Shown piece by piece: positions 54,774-64,000 of a DNA stretch of 64,000 nucleotides. This DNA is from Octopus vulgaris. Taxonomy: Eukaryota. The stretch is taken from positions 65,162,001 through 65,226,000 of the forward strand of contig OX597822.1 of NCBI GenBank assembly GCA_951406725.2, read 5' to 3'. A program made the translations under genes and the position numbers. Numbering within the stretch: position 1 is the first letter of the stretch; each line of letters opens with the position of its first letter. A model generated the notes under the pieces. It did not search any database, had not been told where the DNA came from, and saw nothing but the letters and a program-made list of their open reading frames with translations.

Positions 54774-55020
54774 GTGTGTGTGTGTGTGCATGCCCATGTG
54801 TGAAAGTAAAATATTTATTAAGGATTTCTAAATGGTATGTCAAAGGAACATACGTTCGGAAATTAATTGAATACAGTAAATAAATTGTACAAGATATCTG
54901 AAGTTATTCGTAAACGTTCTCTCATGCTCGTCATTCAACCTCATCAGGTACAGATTGGACACCGCTGTTTCTAATTTTTTACTCATCCTCAGTAATCATT
55001 GCTCTAAATTTCAGTAAATC

Positions 55021-55259
55021 CCTTCCCGAGTCATGTGGATTCATAGGGCCAGTTTCCATGACGTATATATTCACCCACACCCCTAAACGGGACGCCGGTG
55101 AATCGCAGGATTACTCATTTTACCAGCTGAGCGAACTGAAGAAGCAACGTAAAATGAAGTGTTTTGCTCAAGAACACAACTCGTCGCCCGACCCAGGAAT
55201 CGAAACCACAATCTTACGATAATTGATCCAACATCCTAACCACTAAGCCACGCGCCTCC
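55021..55259 (-). mobile_element. SINE with a family-C-like centre and family-B-like tail
   Basis: Minus strand: ggaggcgcgtggcttagtggttagg...ggtttcgattcc...gtgttcttgagcaaaacac...ctcagctg...gagtaatcctgcgattcaccggcgtcccg. Confidence 0.8.
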
Positions 55260-55797
55260 GCCCTATATTTAAAGTAATTCTGAAATGTTCTCATAGCCCC
55301 TATTTCTATGTTTATAAGTCAGTAAATGAGGCAAACCAAGTCGAATTTTAGGTATAATTACGGGTACTAATTTCGTTATGTAGGTTACTGATATGTTAAC
55401 AATATTTAATTTTCGTACTGAAGACTACTTTCTGCGTATTTCCCAAAATTTATGATGTCTCTGTGTTTATCCACGATGATATTGGATAACGAATATAATA
55501 AAGTGCATTACGAGTGTTTTATGTATCTAAAGAATTTAATCAATTTATCTAATGTAAAAACACGGCGACGGATAACCTCTTTATGTATAATCCATAGCCA
55601 TTTTTAATATGAAAAATAAACACTGCCGGTACATCAGCACACACACACACGCGCGCGCGCGCGCGCAAACACGCAAACACGCAAACACAAACACACACAC
55701 ATTGCCGGTACATCAGCATATGTATATATATGTGTGTGTGTGTTTATTTGTTTGTACAAGTATCTGTGTGTTTATGTGTGTATCTATCTCTATAAAG

Positions 55798-55847
<50 letters not shown>

Positions 55848-56494
55848 GTGTTCTTTTATTCTTTTACTTGCTTCAGTCATGTGACTGCGGCCATGCTGTA
55901 GCACCACCTTTTAACAAATATATATGTATGTATGAATGTGTGTATGCGTGTGTCTGTATACAAATATATACACATACACACTCACACCCATACACACTCA
56001 CACCCATACACACTCACAAACATACACACACATACACATACGCATATACATATATTCTTCACATCAGACAAATAGATCACAGTTCACTCTGCACAAAAAA
56101 ATGTGTTAATAGATGAAACACCTTTGATCTTAGCTGATCTAGAACTAACAATATGATCAGTTATCTCTATATTTATTTTAGATTCCTTCACCATTTCTAT
56201 TCTGCGCATACTCTTTTTTCCTATTACTCCACTCTCTCTCTCATACTTGTTTCCTCCTTTGTTTGCGCATGCGTAGGCGCGCGTGTGTGTATTTGTAATA
56301 AATTAGTGAAAGCCAGATCGGTGGCATTCGCATCATTGGCAAACTCTTTTAAACAGTTCAGCTCAAAGTGTTGACAGCCAGCCCACACATCGATACGTTA
56401 CTAATAATTTTCAGTTTAGGTAAAGAACTAGCAACTTTGAGAAGTTTATTGATACCATTGATTCATGTACCTGTTTGATATTTTATGTTATCGA

Positions 56495-56659
56495 CTGTGG
56501 CTGTGTGTTAAGTAGCAAGCTTACCTACCACATGGTTTCTGGGTTCAGTCCCACTGCGTGGCACCTTGGGTAAGTGTTTTCTACTCTAGCCTCGGGCCAA
56601 CCAAAGCCTTGTGAATGGATTTGGTCGAAGGAAACTGAAAGAAGCCAGCCGTATATATG

Positions 56660-56743
<84 letters not shown>

Positions 56744-57023
56744 TGTGTACATGTGTGTGTGTGTGTGTGTATGTGTGTGTGTGTGTGAGTGTGTGTGTAT
56801 GTGTGTTTGTGTGTATTTGTGTGTCTGTGTTTGTCCCCCTAGCATTGCTTGACAACCGATGCTGGTGTGTTTACGTTCCCGTCAATTAGCAGTTCGGCAA
56901 AAGAGACCGATAGATTAAGTACTAGGCTTACAAAGAATAAGTCCTAGGGTCGATTTGCTCGACTAAAGGCAGTGCTCCAGCATGGCCGCAGTCAAATGAC
57001 TGAAACAAGGAAAAGAGTAAAAG
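56495..57023 (+). mobile_element. SINE family A with expanded internal microsatellite (~180 bp)
   Basis: Both flanking modules are intact around (TA)n(TG)n at 56651-56830. Confidence 0.9.
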
Positions 57024-57679
57024 ATGAAAAACAAAGCTCCGTATGGTTTGAAAACAACGCTTACCTCAGAGTTATTTGAACACTGGACGTAAAAAATGGT
57101 AGAAATGTTTGGATTTATAATGCTCGAAAAAAAAACTGTAAAAAGCAAAGAATAATGTAGAAGTATGGGCCATTGGGGAGGAATATTTGGTAAGGTCGTA
57201 TAGTGTGATATCTGAAGGGTTCAGAATAATGAGAGGAAGAGAGAGAGGAAGGAAAGTGTGTCTTGTTTCGGGATGGAGGAAATATGCAGTAAACTAAATC
57301 AGATGAAATTGATGTAGAACGTGTGGAAGGGACCGAGGGAAGCAATAATGAAATGGTTGACTTTCTTGTAAAGAAATGTTTATTTATGAATTGATTTCGA
57401 ATTATTGTTAGTAAACAGCTGCTCCAGCTTGTTAATCAGCACGGTGAGGTTCAGCAGCGGAAATATCTTGGATTGATCAAGCAGAATTCCTGATGTTCGA
57501 ATCGAAATATAGTCAGTGATGGTTCAATAAAAGCTGTGTATCGGTTTATGAAATAGTGTTTGATCATCACCTTCATCATCATCATCATCATCATCACTAT
57601 TATTATTGTATAGCGCAATTGTTAAGAGTGGGGGTTACTAACACCAAGATTGCGAGTTCAATTCCAGGCAGTACCTTGA

Positions 57680-57827
<148 letters not shown>

Positions 57828-57847
57828 GCAACATGAGAGAAACAGAT

Positions 57848-58042
57848 AGGCGCAGCAGTGGCTGTGTGGTAGGTAACTTGCTTGCCAACTACATGGTTCC
57901 GGGTTCAGTCCCACTGCATAACACCTTGGGCAAGTGTCTTCTACTATAGCCACGGTCCGACCAAAGCCTTGTGAGTGGATTTGGTAGACGGAAACTGAAA
58001 GAAGCCCGTCGTATATATGTATATATATATATGTGTGTGTGT

Positions 58043-58096
<54 letters not shown>

Positions 58097-58298
58097 ATAT
58101 AATTGTGTGACTGTATTTGTCCCCGCAACATCGCTTCACAACCGATGCTGGTCTGTTTAGCGGTTCGGCAAAAGAGGCCGATAAAATAAGTACTAGGCTT
58201 CCAAAGAATAATTCCTGGGTTCGATTTGCTCGACTAAAGGCGGTGATCCGGCATGGCCGCAGTCAAATGACTGAAACAAGTAAAAAGAATAAAAGAAA
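57848..58298 (+). mobile_element. SINE family A
   Basis: aggcgcagcagtggctgtgtggt...ggttcagtccc...gcatggccgcagtcaaatgactgaaac. Confidence 0.9.
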
Positions 58299-58364
58299 GA
58301 GAACAACAACAAAAATAAAAACCCCAAGAATGAGAACACAGGGCTGGGTTCAAAATTCCACCGG

Positions 58365-58410
58365 GACACCTGATGAAGGCTGGAGAATAAATCAGCCGAA
58401 ACGTTCTGGT
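58365..58410 (+). ncRNA. Minimal hammerhead ribozyme motif in a Penelope-like pLTR fragment (58325-58485)
   Basis: gacac-CTGATGA-a-ggctg(gagaataaat)cagcc-GAAA-cgtt. The catalytic core and stem II are intact; the 3' strand of stem I is mutated. Confidence 0.65.
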
Positions 58411-58546
58411 AACAACAAACAAGATGAGGACATATCCGTGAAATGTAAATAATGTACAAAATTCCTTATCTCTAAGATATTGAACAGTATCATCATCATC
58501 ATTATCATCATCGTCATTATTTTTCTTCTTCTTAATTATTATTATA

Positions 58547-58975
58547 AGGCGGCGAGCTGGCGAAATCGTTTGCACTCCGGGCGAAATGCGTAAGCGGTAT
58601 TTCGTCTACCGCTACGTTCTGATTTCAAATTCCGCCGAGGTCGACGTTGCCCTTCATCATGTTGGTGTCGATAAAATAATTACCATTTGAGTACTGGGGT
58701 CGATGTAATAGAGTTACTCTCACCCTAGAAATTGCTGGCCTTGTACCAAAATTTGAAAACATTATTATTTAGGCAGCGAGCTGGCAGTAACGTTATAGCA
58801 TGTCGTGTAAAATGCAGCCATTTCTTTTGTCTTGCGTTTTGAGTTTAATTTCCGCCGATGTCAACTCTGCCTTTCATCCTTCCGATAAAACAAAAACCAG
58901 TCAAGCATTTGAGATCAATGTAATCGAATTACCTACTCTCTCGAAATACCTAGCCTTGTGCCACAATTTGAAACC
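58547..58975 (+). mobile_element. Two tandem SINE family D copies
   Basis: Heads aaggcggcgagctggc (58547) and aggcagcgagctggc (58771). Confidence 0.85.
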
Positions 58976-59279
58976 GCTAATATTAGAGTTGCTGAGATGC
59001 AATATGCAGATGGCTCAGAATGCCAAAATATTTTGTATATCCGACAACAGCGATTAACTTATGCAGATATATATATATATATAAAGATTGAATAGCTATG
59101 GTGGTGCTAATAGTAACAATTGGATGATTTTAGTGCAGCAGTATCCATGTTGATGTGCCAAGTCTGAAGTTAAATCTCACCGTTCTGGAACGTCTGCAAA
59201 AAAAGGATCAAAGACATCGTTGTACACACACTAAGACGTTAAAATTTTCAAAAAGTGAACGTGTGTTATGTTGACGGAT

Positions 59280-59660
59280 CTTGCTTATTTCAGTCAATGG
59301 CCATGCTACGACTCTACCTTGAAGGATTCTACCAAACAAATTGACGGAATTGACTTATTTTTTTCTAAAAAAATTGGTACTTATTCTATCGGTCTCGTTT
59401 GTCAAACCGCTATGTTACGGTTACGTAAAGAAACCAACACCGGTTGTCAATCGGTGGTGGTCAAGCACGAACACAATATATTACAAATACAGATATACTT
59501 TAACATACGATTAGGGTTTCTACACAGTTTCCGCCTACAGAATTGATGCACGCAAGGCATTGGTGGACCTGGGGCCACTCTAGAAGACATTTGCACACGG
59601 TACAGTGCAGTGAAATCGAACTCAGAACCATGTGGTTGCAAAACGGGATTCATGATCGCT
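59280..59660 (-). mobile_element. Diverged SINE family A
   Basis: tttcagtcaatggccatgct...tacttattctatcggtctc...cggttgtcaa...agaaccatgtggttgc. Confidence 0.7.
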
Positions 59661-60370
59661 CAACCGTTTATTCAAATATTCTTCGTCTCTAAAGATATAG
59701 TTAATAGTCTGGAAATTCATAATCTTATTAACAACAACAACGCGTCACAGACATTTAATGAAAAAATTCAATTACCGAGTAAAACCATAAAGATAACGGT
59801 TTGTCGTATTCAGTATAATAAACAACATAACATTTAAATGTTCTCTATTGTAAGAGAAAATATAAAAAATTAATATACCACATATATCCATCATGATATA
59901 GAAAATTTACCGTGTCTATTTTTTCTAATGCCTATAGAAATATAAACAAACAAGTCTACTAGTTAATGAAGTCATGCTATTATTATAATTAATTTTATGG
60001 TTTTATAATGAAACATACATGATTACGTGATTACAGAGCATTCACAATAATGAACTTATTTTTAATACATAAACGTATATCTGTGAGTGTGTGTTTATAT
60101 AAGCACGTATGTATGTATATATGTATGTATATTTATACATATGTATATATATATATATAGGTGTGTGTATTAAAAATATGATAAACGCATGTACGTTATC
60201 GAATCAACATTATTTATACAAGACGCAAGAAGTTTTTGAGGAAATAATGGATCACAAACACATCATATAATGAAAATATTGGATATTTAATACAAGTCGC
60301 CTTTCCTGACACCTTGATGTTATCTTGTATATAAGCAGTTGCTGACATCCTGTGTGGCTGGTATACATTC

Positions 60371-60436
<66 letters not shown>

Positions 60437-60610
60437 TAATCATAATGATAATAATGATGATGATGGTGATGATGATAATAATAATAAAACACACACAAAC
60501 ACACACAGACACACACATATATCTATATAAGCCTTAACGCTGCATAAGCACACACACTCCCCTCTCGCCTTCACCAATTTCTATCTGTTTCTTTCTCTGT
60601 CTCCCCCTTC

Positions 60611-60661
<51 letters not shown>

Positions 60662-61148
60662 GTTCCTCACACGTGACCATCGTTCACCCTTCTTTTCCTC
60701 ACTTGACCATCGTTCTTTTTCTGCACAGACGTTAAAAAGAACGGACGTGATTTTTCTCTCTCTTCTGTTTTTTGTCTTTTCAAAAAATGTTTCTCCCAGT
60801 GTTCACTATTTTCCACTCGTTCTGGTCTAATGATCCTCCATGTTTGTTTTCGTTCGGTTTCCTTGTATGCCTTCACTGTCATGATTTTATTCCCAACTTT
60901 GAGCCACCGTAAATCCTAAATTTTATTTTAGAATCTATGGGAGTCTTTGAAGATTCATATTGACGTTGAATGCTTGTAATGTGCTTACCTGTCCGATTTT
61001 ACATTTTTTCTCGTTGTCTACATATTTCGTGTTATTTGCACTGTTGGTGACGTCCTCTACCCATGTATGCATGTGTAAATATACATACACTCCTACAGAT
61101 CAAAATGTATTAAAGGATTTCTTTGCCTTATTATTTGCATTATGTATA

Positions 61149-62873
61149 CTAGCAAATAGACCGCCGTCCGAGCGGTTTTCTGCTAGCCACATGATATTTT
61201 CCCATTTGATTCGCAATTCTAATAATTTTTATGATATTTTACGTGTACATATTTCTTTGTATAATAGTACTCATTTGTTTAATCAATATTGCTTTCATTA
61301 TTTTATCACAGTCATAATTTCACTTTTTGAAACAAACATCAAGGTAGTCCAAATATCGAGGGGGGAAAAGAGTTTGTCAAGTTTTACCTTCCTCGCAAAG
61401 CAACAGATAGATTGTTTCTGCTAAAAAGATTGCTATCCATAGTGATTTAAAGAAAGATTTACGCAAACAATATTCATTTTAATAGCATACTTCTCTGTTA
61501 AAAAATGCTTTTCTTGCACACACACACACACGGCTTCGCTTGATTGAGGTGGGGGGTAAACATTTAGATTACCCTTTTTTAATTGCTTATATTCCACCAG
61601 TGGACCACGTGTTACTTCGGCATTATCATTCTATAAAATATCTTTAATGGAAGAAAAATATTCTTTTCTACTCTAGGGACAAGGTCCAAAATTTTGGGGA
61701 GGCGACAAGTCGATTAGAGCGACCATAGTACGCAATTGGTATTTAATTTATCGACCCGGAATGGATGAAAGCAAAGTCGACCCCGGCGGAATTTGTAATC
61801 AGAACGTAAAGACAAACGAAATAACGCTAAGCATTCCGCCAGGCGTGCAAACGTTCCTTATTTCTTTATTGCCCACAATGAGCTAAACATAGAGGGGACA
61901 AACAAGGACAGACAAGGGGATTATGTTGATTACATGGACCCCAGTGCGTAACTGGTACTTAATTTATCGACCCCAAAAGGATGAAAGGCAAGGACGACCT
62001 CGGTGGAATTTGAACTCAGAACGTAGCGGCAGACGAAATACCTATTTCTTTACTGCCCACAAAGGGGTAAACATAGAGAGGACAATCAAGGACAGACAAA
62101 CGGATTAAGTCGATTATATCGACCCCAGTGCGTAACTGGTACTTATTTAATCGACCCCAAAACGATGAAAGGCAAAGTCGACCTCGGCGGAATTTGAACT
62201 CAGAACGTAGAGGCAGACTAAATACCGCTAAGCATTTCACCCGGCGTGGTAGCGTTTCTGCCAGCTCGGCGCCTTAATCGGAGAAAAATATTGAAAATAC
62301 AATACATGTGAAAATGGAGGGTGATTTGGGTTGTGCTAGAAACAGCAGCTAAACATTCCTTGAATTGTTCACCTTTTCCTCTGAAAATATTTACAATTTT
62401 TCTTTTTTGCCAAAAAGGCTCCTCCCATGGTTTTTAAGTTTCAAAATGTACACAATCGGCCAGGATAGTTATTATTGTAAGGGTTATGGCGTTCCAAACA
62501 GCCATAACAACAAAACACTTCTTTAAAAAAATTATACCGGTGCATTAAAAAAATCCTTATTTTATCAAAAATATTTATTTACCAAACTTCGGAAACTTAT
62601 AATATTCTTGAAATTCTGCATCGTATCGAAGTTATACAGCTATTTGAGAAACACTGATTTAATCTAAATTTGAGACACCAGCAAAAGACGGATTTCGACT
62701 GATGTACTTGCGCGTACAAATTCCCACGGCTTTATCGATCGCATTCTCATCTGGAATCGATATTTGTAAGACTTATACACGCCCTGATACCGTTGGTATC
62801 TACATATAAAATTTAAGCACAATCGGATGGAGGATGCCCGAGATTCTAGAAGACACACAGACAGACATAACGG

Positions 62874-62885
<12 letters not shown>
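61149..62885 (-). mobile_element. Probable non-autonomous Helitron (minus strand) with a nested SINE multimer
   Basis: Minus-strand 3' end has hairpin accgc-tcggacg-gcggt, then ctatttg-CTAG followed by T. The 5' end tatataaaatccgttatgtctgtctgt resembles the 5' end of the 19370 Helitron. Pairing of the two ends is inferred. Confidence 0.55.
61663..62273 (-). mobile_element. SINE family D trimer with one TSD
   Basis: Three tandem core units flanked by ttaatggaagaaaaatatt (61644-61662) and ttaatcggagaaaaatatt (62274-62292), 17/19 identical. Confidence 0.85.
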
Positions 62886-62919
<34 letters not shown>

Positions 62920-62999
62920 ATGTAAGATAAAAAATTTTTCGAAAGAAAAAAATTATATCAATGGCCAGCATATTAAAAAATACCTTTAACGGTTAAAAT

Positions 63000-63335
63000 T
63001 ATAAACAGCTTATAAATAGGGGCAAACGAAAAAATTTCTAATGCCTAATATGCCGAAAATTGGACGTATTGTTCATAACCATATAATTTTTCACAATACG
63101 CACGCTGCTCGAAAAAAAATCCGACGGAAATTTCTAAAAAAATCCATTATTACCATATCGGATCGACTTCAGGGTTAGTTCGTAAGAACACTGAAATCGG
63201 TCCGATATGGTAATAATGGAATTTTTTATTCGAGTAGCGTACGTATTGTGAAAAATTATATGGTTATGGACAATATGTCCAATTTTCGGCATATTACACA
63301 TTAGAAATTATTTCGTTTGCCCCTATTTATAAGTT

Positions 63336-63342
<7 letters not shown>
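63000..63342. mobile_element. Fold-back (hairpin) MITE-like element
   Basis: Imperfect arms at about 63000-63176 and 63187-63342 (cttataaataggggcaaacgaaa / tttcgtttgcccctatttataag; ccattattaccatatcgga / tccgatatggtaataatgg) with a 10-nt loop. Confidence 0.8.
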
Positions 63343-63401
<59 letters not shown>

Positions 63402-64000
63402 GCATATGTATATATACGACAGGCTTCATTCACTTTCCGTTCAACAAATCCATCCACAAGACATTGCTCCGTCCGAAACTATAGCAGAAAGCCATTTCTT
63501 AAAGTTAAATACTTTGGAACTGCACCGGGAACTATGTGGCTGGGAGCATAGACTGATGTCGTTGCAGACTTTAATTGTATGCATAATTTGCAAATTTCAC
63601 TGTAAAATGATATCACATCTGGTTTTGGTATTTTAAACATCCATTTTCAAACTTTATAATATTACACTCGATATTACTTTACATTATATTATATTGGATG
63701 TTAAGGAATTATTGTAGCATTGAACTGGCGTGTGATAAGAAATAAACGCCTGCGAGGAAATGGTTACCACTGCAAACAATTTTCTTCTGACATGTATCTT
63801 ACCCATGTCAGCAAATACTGGCATGTAGCAAATTATTAGTGTTTTATATGTATGTATATATGTATGTATGTATGTATATATGTATGTATGTATGTGTGTC
63901 TGTATGTATGTATGTATGTTTGTATGTATGTATGTATGTATGTATGTATGTATCTATCTATCTATCTATCTATCTGTCTATATATATATATCAATACATA

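Overview
This is AT-rich, microsatellite-saturated eukaryotic DNA. The repeat landscape (dense (TA)n/(TG)n/(TAA)n/(TAGA)n tracts, several tRNA-derived SINE families, Dong/R4 LINEs, Penelope remnants) suggests an octopus or other coleoid cephalopod, intronic or intergenic; that assignment is an inference. I found no confidently supported host protein-coding gene, rRNA, true tRNA gene or CRISPR array, and almost all listed ORFs are microsatellite artefacts. The real coding remnants are transposon-derived: an uninterrupted 383-aa C-terminal Dong/R4 ORF (39481-40632), an L1/Tx1 RT-to-zinc-finger fragment (35286-36767), RTE, CR1-group and HERO-like 3' ends, and mariner pieces. There are also two non-autonomous Helitrons. 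Four observations stand out. (i) (TAA)n arrays act as landing pads for three Dong/R4 families plus an unassigned ~510-nt non-coding retroposon. (ii) A LINE and a SINE share a 3' stem-loop with compensatory base changes. (iii) Several Penelope-like fragments carry damaged minimal hammerhead ribozyme motifs and inverted repeats, including a perfect 94-bp-arm palindrome. (iv) The SINEs are modular and multimeric. All comparisons were made by eye, so family names and boundaries need confirmation by alignment.
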